Source: Hydrolagus colliei
Lineage: Eukaryota
NCBI GenBank assembly: GCA_035084275.1
Contig: CM068771.1
Coordinates: forward strand, 5,332,644 to 5,396,000
Reading direction: 5' to 3'
Length of the DNA stretch: 63,357 nt
Below the pieces are notes generated by a model. It saw nothing but the letters and a program-made list of their open reading frames with translations, did not search any database and was not told the DNA's origin. This document shows, in pieces, positions 47,975-58,879 of the stretch; the stretch's first letter is position 1, and each line of letters begins with the position of its first letter. Made by a program: the position numbers and the translations under genes.

Positions 47975-50035
47975 GTGTGTCTCTTGTGTGCTCGTGTGTC
48001 GGTGTGTGCTCGTGTGTCGGTGTGTGCTCGTGTGTCGGTGTGTGCTCGTGTGTCGGTGTGTGCTCGTGTGTCGGTGTGTGCTCGTGTGTCGGTGTGTGCT
48101 CGTGTGTCGGTGTGTGCTCGTGTGTCGGTGTGTGCTCGTGTGTCGGTGTGTGCTCGTGTGTCGGTGTGTGCTCGTGTGTCGGTGTGTGCTTGTGTGTCGG
48201 TGTGTGTTCGTCTGTCGGTGTGTGTGCTGGTGTCGGTGTGTGTTCGTGTGTCGGTGTGTGTTGGTGTCGGTGTGTGTGCTGGTGTCGGTGTGTGCTGGTG
48301 TCGGTGTGTGTTCGTGTGTCGGTGTGTGTCGGTGTGTGCTGGTGTCGGTGTGTGCTGGTGTGTCGGTGTGTGCTGGTGTGTCGGTGTGTGCTCGTGTGTC
48401 GGTGTGTGCTGGTGTCGGTGTGTCGGTGTGTGCTCGTGTGTCGGTGTGTGCTTGTGTGTCGGTGTGTGTTCGTCTGTCGGTGTGTGTGCTGGTGTCGGTG
48501 TGTGTTCGTGTGTCGGTGTGTGTTGGTGTCGGTGTGTGTGCTGGTGTCGGTGTGTGTTCGTGTGTCGGTGTGTGCTGGTGTCGGTGTGTGCTGGTGTGTC
48601 GGTGTGTGCTGGTGTGTCGGTGTGTGCTCGTGTGTCGGTGTGTGCTGGTGTCGGTGTGTGCTCGTGTGTCGGTGTGTGCTGGTGTCGGTGTGTGCTGGTG
48701 TCGGTGTGTCGGTGTGTGCTCGTGTGTCGGTGTGTGTTGGTGTCGGTGTGTGTTCGTGTGTCGGTGTGTGTTCGTGTCGGTGTCGGTGTGTTGGTGTCGG
48801 TGTGTGTTGGTGTCGGTGTGTGTTCGTGTGTCGGTGTGTGTTCGTGTGTCGGTGTGTGTTGGTGTCGGTGTGTGTTGGTGTCGGTGTGTGTTCGTGTGTG
48901 TCCGTGTGTCGGTGTGTGTCGGTGTGTGTTCGTGTGTCGGTGTGTGTTCGTGTGTCAGTGTGTGTTGGTGTGTGTTCGTGTGTCGGTGTGTGTTCGTGTG
49001 TCGGTGTGTGTTCGTGTGTCGGTGTGTGTTGGTGTGTGTTCGTGTGTCGGTGTGTGTTCGTGTGTCGGTGTGTGTTGGTGTCGGTGTGTGTTGGTGTGTC
49101 GGTGTGTGTTGGTGTGTGTCGGTGTGTGTTCGTGTGTCGGTGTGTGCTGGTGTCGGTGTGTGCTGGTGTGTCGGTGTGTGCTGGTGTGTGTTGGTGTCGG
49201 TGTGTGTTGGTGTCGGTGTGTCCTCGTGTGTCGGTGTGTGCTGGTGTCGGTGTGTGCTGGTGTCGGTGTGTGCTGGTGTCGGTGTGTGTTCGTGTGTCGG
49301 TGTGTGCTGGTGTCGGTGTGTGTTCGTGTGTCGGTGTGTGTTGGTGTCGGTGTGTGTTCGTGTGTCGGTGTGTGTTGGTGTCGGTGTGTGTTCGTGTGTC
49401 GGTGTGTGTTCGTGTCGGTGTGTGTTCGTGTGTCGGTGTGTGTTCGTGTGTCGGTGTGTGTTGGTGTCGGTGTGTGTTGGTGTGTCGGTGTGTGTTGGTG
49501 TGTCGGTGTGTGTTGGTGTTGGTGTGTGTTCGTGTGTCGGTGTGTGTTGGTGTCGGTGTGTGTTGGTGTCGGTGTGTGTTCGTGTCGGTGTGTGTTGGTG
49601 TGTGTTCGTGTGTTGGTGTCGGTGTGTGTTCGTGTGTCGGTGTGTGTTCGTGTGTCGGTGTCAGTGTGTGTTTGTGTGTCGGTGTGTGTTGGTGTCGGTG
49701 TGTGTTCGTGTGTCAGTGTGTGTTGGTGTGTCGGTGTGTGTTCGTGTCGGTGTGTGTTCGTGTGTCGGTGTGTGTTCGTGTGTCGGTGTCGGTGTGTGTT
49801 GGTGTCAGTGTGTGTTTGTGTGTCGGTGTGTGTTGGTGTCGGTGTGTGTTCGTGTGTCAGTGTGTGTTGGTGTGTCGGTGTGTGTTCGTGTGTCGGTGTC
49901 GGTGTGTGTTGGTGTCAGTGTGTGTTTGTGTGTCGGTGTGTGTTGGTGTCGGTGTGTGTTCGTGTGTCAGTGTGTGTTGGTGTGTCGGTGTGTGTTGGTG
50001 TCGGTGTGTGTTCGTGTGTCGGTGTGTGTTGGTAT
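47975..50035. repeat. About 2-kb GT-rich minisatellite, 18-bp unit GTGTGTGCTCGTGTGTCG and variants
   Basis: Directly visible. It accounts for the three 700-aa C/V ORFs. Confidence 0.95.
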
Positions 50036-50998
50036 GTGTGTTGATGTCTGTGTGTGTGTAACTGAAAGCGCCGCCGCCCAGTTTTGGTGCCTGACTGACT
50101 TTCTGTCTGTTCTTCTCTCTCTCTCCCCTTTACTCTCTCTGTTCCTGACGCTGACCTCCAGTTAAGATCATTGTTTTTCAAGTTGAAGTCTCGCTTCAAT
50201 GTAACCTGACCTCCCCAGCTGCCTGGCCATTGCTGTAGGGCTGTGAGGCTGGCTTTAAACAGAGGATCAGCCACAAGTTACTCTGATAGACAGGGTTTGT
50301 ACCGTGTTATACCGTCCAGTTATAGCTTTATAATAAAGCTAGATCTGCACACTGGGCTTTGATTTAACACAACGTAAAACAGGGTATGCGGGAGTCTGAA
50401 GGGTATGATCCTGTGTGTGTGTGCCTGGCTGTGTGTTGGTATGTGTGTGTGTGGCTGGGCTGTGTGTGTGTGTGTGTGTTTGTTGGTGTGTGAGTGTTTG
50501 TTGGTGTGTGTATGTGTGGCTGTGCTGTGTTTGTTGGTGTGTGTGTGTGTGGCTGGGCTGTGTGTGTGTGTGTTGATGTGTGTAATTCTCACATGGTAGA
50601 GAGGAGAGAGTTTAATCTGTTTAGTTTGTGAGAGCCACGCCGCTCAGCCTTGTTTCCCTATGGTGCCTGATTCACTGATCTGTGATTTGTATTATGTTTC
50701 TTTCTGTCTGTCCTTCTCTTCCCTCCCCTTTACTCTCCCTGTTCTTCACACCAATTTCCTGCTCCATCTAACCTCCAGTTAAGAAAAGAAAGTTTTGTGA
50801 AAAAAGAAATTAATTTTTCAAGTTGAAGAAGTCTCGATTCAATGTAACCTGACCTCCCTCGCTGCCTGGCCAGCAATGTAGGGCTGTGAGGCTGGCTTTA
50901 AACAGAGGATCAGCCACAAGTTACTCTAACACGTTTCTCAACAGTCTGCAGCGTCTTCACTGGTCTGTGTGAGATTAGAGAAAAAATACTGTATACTG

Positions 50999-51197
50999 TA
51001 GGGTCCGTCGATATGGAAATTTTCCGATTTAGATATATCGATGGGCTCAAAATATCGATATTTTCAGGTTTTTCGTACTGCGCATGTGTGCGCATTCGAT
51101 TTTGTGATATATTGATATTTCTTAAATGCCTATATCGGCGTATCGATATGAAAATTATATCGGTTTTAGCGATATATCGATATATCGCCGGACCCTA
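50999..51197. mobile_element. hAT MITE
   Basis: TIR TAGGGTCCG...CGGACCCTA and a perfect 8-bp TSD GTATACTG. Confidence 0.88.
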
Positions 51198-51499
51198 GTA
51201 TACTGTACTGTATATGATTTGGGAAAAAAAGAACACGACACGGATTTATTTCTTAGATTTCTGAGCGGATTTTCACAAAACCCGAAACAGTTCATAGTAA
51301 ATTTACATTCCATTCTATTCCACGCCGCTCCACTTCAGGTCTTCTATTTAATGTTAGGTTTCCAGTGACATGCGGTGGGTGCAATGACAGGGTAAATGAC
51401 CTGTGGTCACTTCATGTCAAAGGTTTCTTCTCAAATGTAAAATTACAGCAGCGAAATATACATTTTTTATTGTTATCTGAACTAAATAGGGTGAGATGG

Positions 51500-51707
51500 A
51501 GAGAGTGAGTGTGAGAGACACAGAGAGAGATATTTACCTCCTGAAGAGATAGGCCCCGAATGCGCGCGCACCGACGAATGCGCGCGCACCACGCGACATG
51601 CGCGCATGCCCAGTGCAAAAAACCCGTAAATATCGATATTTCGGTATATCTCGATATGAGCCCATCAATATATCTAAATTGGAAAATTTCCATATTGATA
51701 GACCCTA
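51500..51707. mobile_element. One end of a related hAT element (inverted, partial)
   Basis: Ends CCATATTGATAGACCCTA, the reverse complement of the 50999 element's start. No second end was found. Confidence 0.65.
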
Positions 51708-51715
51708 CAATACAC

Positions 51716-53095
51716 TAGGGAACGGCGATATATCGGTATATTGCTAAAACCCGATATGATTTTCATATCGATATGCCGATATAGACATTTTAATAATACC
51801 GATATATCGAAAAACGATATATCGAGGTAAAAAATCGGGATGTGAGCACAATCAACTACAAGACCCAGAATGCTCATCCCTATACACAATGCACAGACCG
51901 AGGTGCAAAGCCGCCATCTTGTATTCATAGTCCTCGAATACAATATACAGGTATGCAAGGGGTGGGGGGAGAGAGACGGCTGTGGGTTGGGGGGGTGAGG
52001 GGGAGAGAGACAGCTGGGGGGGGGGGGGGGGTGAGGGGGAGAGAGACGGCTGGGGGGGGGGAGAGGGGGAGAGAGACGGCTGGGGGGGGGAGAGGGGGAG
52101 AGAGACGGCTGGGGGGGGGGGGGGGGAGGAGAGGGGGAGAGACGGCTGGGGGGGGAGGAGAGGGGGAGAGAGACGGCTGGGGGGAGGAGGAGAGGGGGAG
52201 AGAGACGGCTGGGGGGAGGGGAAGATAGACGGCTGGGGGGGGGGGGGGAGATAGACGGCTGGTGGGGGGGAGAGGGGGAGAGAGACGGCTGGGGGGGGGG
52301 AGGAGAGGGGGAGAGAGACGGCTGGGGGGAGGTGGGGAGAGACGGCTGGGGGGGGAGGGGGAGAGAGATGGCTGGGGGGGAGAGGGGGAGAGAGATGGCT
52401 GGGGGGGAGAGGGGGAGAGAGACGGCTGGTGGGGGGGAGAGGGGGAGAGAGACGGCTGGGGGGGGGGAGGAGAGGGGGAGAGAGACGGCTGGGGGGAGGT
52501 GGGGAGAGACGGCTGGGGGGGGAGGGGGAGAGAGATGGCTGGGGGGGAGAGGGGGAGAGAGACAGCTGGGTGGGGGGGAGAGGGCGAGAGAGACGGCTGG
52601 GGGGGGGGAGGAGAGGGGGAGAGAGATGGCTGGGGGGAGGGATAGAGAGACGGCTGGGGGGAGAGAGACGGCCGGGGGGGAGAGAGACGGCCGGGGGGGG
52701 GGGGGGAGGGAGAAAGAGACGGCTGGGGGGGTGGTGGGGGAGAGACGACGGGGGGGGGGGGGGGGGGTGCGAGAGAGGGACGGAGGGGGGGAGGGGAGAG
52801 ACGGGGTGGATGTGATAATATACAGATAGATAGAGATGGGGGGGATGTGAGAGAGGAGAGAGGGAGAGAGACATAGAGAGACTCAGACAGAAAAACACAG
52901 AGATGGAGAGAGTGAGAGACACAGAGAGAGAAAGATATTTACCTCCTGAAAAGATAGGCCCCGAATGCACGCGCGCTCCGATGCACGCGCGCATGCGCAG
53001 TACAAAAAAACAGAAAATATCGGTATATCGGTATACCTCGATATGAGCCAACCGATATATCCATATCCGGAAAATTCCCATATCGCCGTTCCCTA
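51716..53095. mobile_element. Non-autonomous hAT element with internal G-rich minisatellite
   Basis: Perfect 16-bp TIR TAGGGAACGGCGATAT. Flanks are CAATACAC and CATTACAC (7/8 TSD match). Confidence 0.82.
51960..52805. repeat. G-rich minisatellite (GGGGAGAGAGACGGCTGGGG...)n
   Basis: Directly visible. Confidence 0.9.
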
Positions 53096-53806
53096 CATTA
53101 CACTATAGGATATTATCATGTTTGTTCACTTGTAAACAAACAAAGACCTTGCCTTCCTCCAGTGGGGATCACTGGAGCTCCTGTAGGTTAGAGCACTCAG
53201 CTTCCAAGCATGAGACCTGTGTTCGAATCCAGGCAGATCAGGGTGAAACCTTGAGCAAGTTTCCTTACTCTGCGCACACACACACACACACGCCTTCTAA
53301 TAATCCCTCCCAAAAAAACACAAAATCAATCCAAGTTGAAATCACTGCTCTGCAAAACGGTGTGTTCTTTTTCCGCTCCCTCCATCTTTTTGCCCCCATT
53401 TGGGTTCAACATGTAAGAGTTAGGTATACCAAGGTTATGTGATAACATGCATTTTGAGCCACAGAGCTACAGTGGAATGTGGGATAAGATGCACCTCAGG
53501 TTGAGAAATGACCAAGAAATCTAGGGTGATAAAATACCAATGCTATCCATAAAAACCTGGTTTTAGTAATTTAAAAAAACTTCCTGTTTGTTGCGGACGC
53601 TGCTGTGCACAATTGGCTGCTGCATTTCACAAACTTTACAGTATATTCTGTGAAGCGCTTTGAGACATCAATAAGATGTGAAAAGCGCTATATCAAATGC
53701 AACGATTATTATTATTATAAAAATGACCTTGTTCTTTCCTGTGAGGAATAATAACTGTCTTATTTCTCTCCTGTCACTGACCAGAATCCTGAGACATAAA
53801 GACTCC

Positions 53807-53855
53807 ATGGAGGGAGGAGGACAGTCTATGAGGGAGATGTTGCTCACAACTTCAG
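53807..53855 (+). CDS. CD2/SLAM-family gene exon 1: leader start (MEGGGQSMREMLLTTS)
   Basis: CCATGG start and a phase-1 donor CAG|gtaatg that joins in frame to 55655. Confidence 0.65.
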
Positions 53856-53910
53856 GTAATGGATACAGTAGTGAGATTGTGTCTCTGTTATCACCAATTT
53901 GTGTGGTGTG

Positions 53911-54784
53911 CAGGGCCGTACGCAGGATTTTTAATGGGGGGGTGCGAATTGCTAGTGATGGGACCAACAATGGCTCGAGGCTCCGACGTTTTACACAGTT
54001 TGAGGTCTTATTTAATCGGTTCAGAAGATCCAATATGAACGGTAAATGTTTCATGTCCTTGGTGTCTAAGAGCATCATTATTTATTCAGTGTTTTTATTT
54101 TCCCCGGTAGTCCGTGTCTAAATATTTTGGGAAGGTCGAATGTGTTCGCCGATAAAAGCAAACACGATTGTTGACTCGATGATGTACGGAATGTGAACGA
54201 TAAAGTAAATTACAATCCAATTAAAACAGTACAATGACGAATGCTTGATAAATGTGTATAAGAGAAAATGATCATAAACTACAGATTGACGGTAATTAAT
54301 AAGTTGTTCTGCATTGTTATCCTAAGACTCAATTTCTTTCGGACTGTAATGAACAATAATGTAAGAGTAAAGTATGAATTATGTGCTCAGATATTCCAGC
54401 AAAGCAAATTTTATAAAAGACAAGAAAATATACAGAAACTGAAAATCAGTGTAAAATAGCTAATTCACACGTGTTACAAGCCTGTTATCAGCATTATCCT
54501 GATATTGACTCGTCTATCGACGCGGTATGTTTTGGGTAGACGCCGATTCTGGTGTGCGACTCGATAATTTTATATTAATACTAAAACATTCAAAGATGTG
54601 TGTTTATAATTTATACATAGTTTTGAAGAACCGATTGTTACACAATTGCGCAATAAATTTACTTTACTTGGTATTTAAATTTGATAAAAAATACAATTCT
54701 CTAACCCGGAAAATGTGGACCTTTTATAATTTGGGGGGGTGCGTACACACCCGTCGCACCCCCCCCCCCCTGCGTATGGGCCTG
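53911..54784. mobile_element. Non-autonomous DNA transposon, PIF/Harbinger-like
   Basis: TIR CAGG(G/C)CC(G/A)TACGCAGG (14/16 match), 3-bp flanking GTG on both sides, AT-rich interior. Confidence 0.65.
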
Positions 54785-55654
54785 GTGTGGTCGGCGCCTT
54801 GGGATGTCCTCCCGATATGAAAGGCGCTATAGAAATGTAATTTTGTAGTTGTTGTTGCGTTCAGCCAGTCAGTCAATCTCATAATGAACACCATTTGACC
54901 TAGTCTGGTTCCTGAGCCAGGTGGGTCTGCAGCATTCCAGGGCATTCACTGCTGATGACAGCACAGCCCGGTCTGGCTCAATGGCACGACTTAATTAAGC
55001 AATTAAGGATTTTGTTGGCAATAGAAGAACAAGGTCCACACAGTTCGTCTTCCACCATCCAGGCAGTCACTGGGCAGGTCGTGTTCCAAACTATACACTG
55101 TATCCCAGATATTCAAGACTGTTTGTGGGTACACTGCTGTGCAGAATTGGTTGCCTCGTTTCGGTCACAAATATACAGTCAATTCACTTTACAGTACATT
55201 CTGTGAAGTGCTTTGAGACATCGATAAGATGGGAAAAACACTATTTCAAAGGCAAGCATTATTATTATTATTTCCTACCAGAAATGTATCTAATTTGTCC
55301 TTGAAATAAGTGACAATTTCTGCCTCCACCATCTCCCTATGGAGCCTGATCCATACATTTACTATTTGCTCACTGAAATAGTGTTTCCACAGATTTGTTT
55401 GGAATTTACCCCTTTCAATCGCAGGCCCTACCCTCTGCTTCTACTCTTCAGTACAAGATAAAACAGCTTGTTTTGTCAGTCACTGAAAGCAGAGAATCCT
55501 CCCATCAGCTCCTCTTACAAGCTAAAGGTCAAGTGACAGTGCAGTGACAGTGCTTAGTGAGCCCAGCCAGGGTTTGGCTTGTGTTTAAGCTATTGGCTCT
55601 GATTTGTTTTGCTGCTTGGATTCTCACTGTCTTCTATTCCTGTTTCACTTCCAG

Positions 55655-56008
55655 TTCTTCAACTCCTCCAACTATGCGTAATATTACCTCTGGCCTCTCC
55701 CAACACTATCATCAATGTCTCCATCAAGGCTGATGCCTCTTTCCGTGTCCTACGTCCCGTCAATCAAGACCATGAGGTTCACCTGGAAATGAAGTCTCCC
55801 TTTAACCTCAAAATAATGATATGGGGATCAGAGCAGTCAGATAGACTGTACTTTATTCACTCCAGCTACAGGGACAGAGTTCACTATCTTGGGGGTGATT
55901 TTATACAGTTGAGGAATGTAACTCTCAATGACAATGGGAGATATAAGATCATCATTAGAGATGTTCTAGGAAACACAGAGAGCCACTGGTTTGATCTGCA
56001 TGTATTTG
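55655..56008 (+). CDS. CD2/SLAM-family gene exon 2: rest of leader plus Cys-less IgV domain
   Basis: tcacttccag| and |gtgagt, 354 bp. Reads YRDRVHY...IQLRNVTLNDNGRYKI...FDLHVF. Absence of the V-domain disulfide is typical of the CD2/SLAM family. Confidence 0.85.
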
Positions 56009-57210
56009 GTGAGTACATTTTGACTGGATTATTATTATTGTCCATAGGAACAGGAGGAGACCATTCAGTCCCTCAAGCCTGTTCTGTCATTCAATATAAT
56101 GATGGCCAAGCTGTACTTGCTCCATATCCCTTGATAACCTGACGTGATGTAACAAAAACCTACAGACTCATTCTTGAAAATGTGAATGATCCCACCATAA
56201 TCCACAGCCTTTTTGTGGGGAGAGAGAGTTCCAGATTCCACGACTTGTGTGAAAAGTGTTCCTTGATTTCACTCCTAAATGGCCTCGCTCTAATTTGAAG
56301 ATGACTGACTCCCCTTGTCCTGGGGCATCAGAAGAAACAGAGGAAATAGGGAGATACAGAGAAACCATCTGGAAAAGTGTCCCTCTTGTTATTCACACTC
56401 TCTATCCCCACACTCGTACTCCATCCCGCAATCCCTTTGCCTCTCTTCCTCCCTTTCCTCCTTCAAGGCCGGTCTCAAGACTTTCCTTTTCAACCGTGCC
56501 TTCTGCTCCCCTCCAAACTCTCCCCCCTTTCCTATTCTCCTTCAGGACCCTGCCCCTACCCCGACCCTTCCCCCACTGCTTGAGTCTTGACCTAAATGTT
56601 CAGTGCCTTGGAACGTCCTCCCGACGTGAAAGGCGCCCTATAAATTAAATTTTGTTGTTGTTGTTGTTGTTGTAGTTCAGGGCCAGCTTAACCTGTAAAC
56701 CAGGTAATGCATGGGTTAGGGTCCAGAGGGTCTGAGGGATCCGGGTTTGATTGACATCTTCACTTCCGGGCTGTGCCTCTCTTCCTGTTGCTCTCCATAA
56801 TGAAACTGGCCTTGAGTGGCAGCAAATGTGTTCCTCTAGCTGTCACTCACGGTATTGCCCTTCACCGGGTGCAGGTGACAGGGCTGGAGGGGCAGGTCTG
56901 GGGGCTGGAGGGGCAGAGCTGGAGGCTGGAGGGGTGGGGCTGGAGGTGTCAGTCAGTCCTCCCGCAGGTCAGGTTTGGGGACAATGATAATAAGTGACAT
57001 TTACACACAGCCTTTCATGTGGGTAGGACATCACAAGGCGCAGGACAGTCAGTGAATTGGAACTGAATTGGTGGTTGGGATCAGTGTGTGGTAAGTGGGG
57101 TGGGGGTAGAAAGATGGTTCAAGGCTTAGTCGAAGAGGAGTTTGAAGGAGGAGCGAGATGGAGGGACTTCGAGAGGCTGAAGGCCTGACTTTATAACCTT
57201 TGTGTTTCAG

Positions 57211-57471
57211 ACCCCGTCTCCCAGCCGATGGTGGAGATGGCCAGTGATTGCTCAGCCAATGTCAGTCTGAGCTGCTCTGTCTCCAAAGGAACAAATGCCA
57301 CCATTTATTGGAGGAAGAGATTGGAGCCTAATGTGACGTTTGATGGGTATGTGCTGCTGCTGAATCCTGACAGTGTGGAGCAGGCAGCCGAGTATGAGTG
57401 TGTAGCAGAGAACCCGATCAGTCAGGAGATCAGTCGCCCACAACAGCCGTGTCACGAGAATCCAGGCCAAG
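57211..57471 (+). CDS. CD2/SLAM-family gene exon 3: IgC2 domain with four Cys
   Basis: tgtgtttcag| and |gtgaga, 261 bp. Reads DPVSQP...DC.ANVSLSCSV...IYW...YECVAENPISQE...PC. Confidence 0.9.
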
Positions 57472-58229
57472 GTGAGAGAGCCGTCAACATTACACACTGA
57501 ATTAGAGCAGCTCTGTCAGAATGGGCCTCACTATAGCATGGATTTGTTTCCCGTGATTCCATGCTTGTGCAACTGCTCACTTCCAGTTTGCCGGCCACCT
57601 TTCAGAAATGGCCAATGTTTAGTGATCAGGTCACCATCAACATTACTTCCTGCTCAGTCCATAAAATAGTCAAGTCCTGTTTTATGCGCAGGCTCCATGA
57701 ATTGACCACCGCCATCCTCGCTCGGCCCCACTGGCTCCCCATCTCCCCAGAGGATAGAGTTCCAAATCCTCATTCTTCCCTTCAAAGCCCTCCACAGCCT
57801 TGTACCTCATACCTTTATGACCTGCTGACCCCATATCAACCTGCCCACTCTATCCGGACCTCAGGAGGCTCTGGGTTGCTCTGCAGCCTGACCCACCATC
57901 AGCTGTCTGGCCATCAGCCTCTCTGCCTTCATACCCATTGGAACTCCATCCCACAGTTCCTTCACCCCGCTCCCTCCCTTGCCTCCTCCAGGGGCCATGT
58001 TGGGTCCCTTATCTTCGACCACATCATCAGACACCCTCCTGATCACAAACCCCAACTCAGGTCCAAATCCATGGAAACTTGCCTAAGGTTTCAATCCATC
58101 CGGGAGTTGAACCCAGGTCCTCCGACTTGCGCTCTAACCACGACACCACAGGATTCCCACCTCTGACAAACCGTTTCCGGTTACAAATCCTGGTTTACAA
58201 TAATAATCACTTTTTTTCCTTCCCCTCAG

Positions 58230-58305
58230 ATCATATTTGGTTGATTCCTTCTGTCATTCTACCGCTGGTGCTGCTCGCTATCTTGTTCTGTTTGTGGAAA
58301 CAGAG
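58230..58305 (+). CDS. CD2/SLAM-family gene exon 4: transmembrane exon
   Basis: ttcccctcag| and |gtaagt. Reads DHIWLIPSVILPLVLLAILFCLWKQ, phase 1 to 2. Confidence 0.85.
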
Positions 58306-58842
58306 GTAAGTGTCATGATCTAGGAGTGGACGGGGGGACTCGGGGAGAGTGTTCTAAAGCTTCAGGGCGCAGCGTCTGAAAGTACAGCTGCCAATTGTGT
58401 TGTGGAGGGTGTAACTGACAGCAATAACTTGCATATCATATAAAACGCCCTCCAATCCGGGGAGCATTTCAGACGCTGAATTGTGGTGGAGTCTGACTCC
58501 GAACCATAGTGAGGTGAGGTGGCCATTAACATGGTCGATGAGGAAGAGGTGGCGGGTATTGAGAGGGAGTGTTCCGAGATTTTGAGGCATAGTGGCTGAA
58601 AATGTGACTTCTGATGGTGGGGCAGAGGGTACGTGTGACAAGCGGGAGGCTGGAGCCAGGTGAATGGAGGCAATGGAGTGGGGAGAACGGAAGCTGGAGA
58701 GATCGGGGCCAGGACGTGAAGGGAACTGTAAACGAGCGAGTTAAACTGGGCACAAGAATTTATTCTGCTATGTTAGTCTCGCCGGTTAGGAGACCTAATT
58801 ACGTAGGAGATTTTTTAACTTAGATACTTTTTTATACACTAG

Positions 58843-58879
58843 GAAAAGGACAACACAAGACGAGCTTGCAGTCATATAG
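58843..58879 (+). CDS. CD2/SLAM-family gene candidate last exon (RKRTTQDELAVI*)
   Basis: ttttatacactag| acceptor in phase 2, ending at TAG. Alternative tail exons are not excluded. Confidence 0.45.

Noticed and set aside
47919-50165. Three 689-748-aa Cys/Val-rich ORFs
   Set aside because: These are translations of a GT-rich minisatellite that cannot contain stop codons. There are no splice or domain signals.
51852-53081. 409-aa Pro-rich ORF and its Gly/Arg-rich counterparts
   Set aside because: These are translations of the G-rich minisatellite inside a hAT element.
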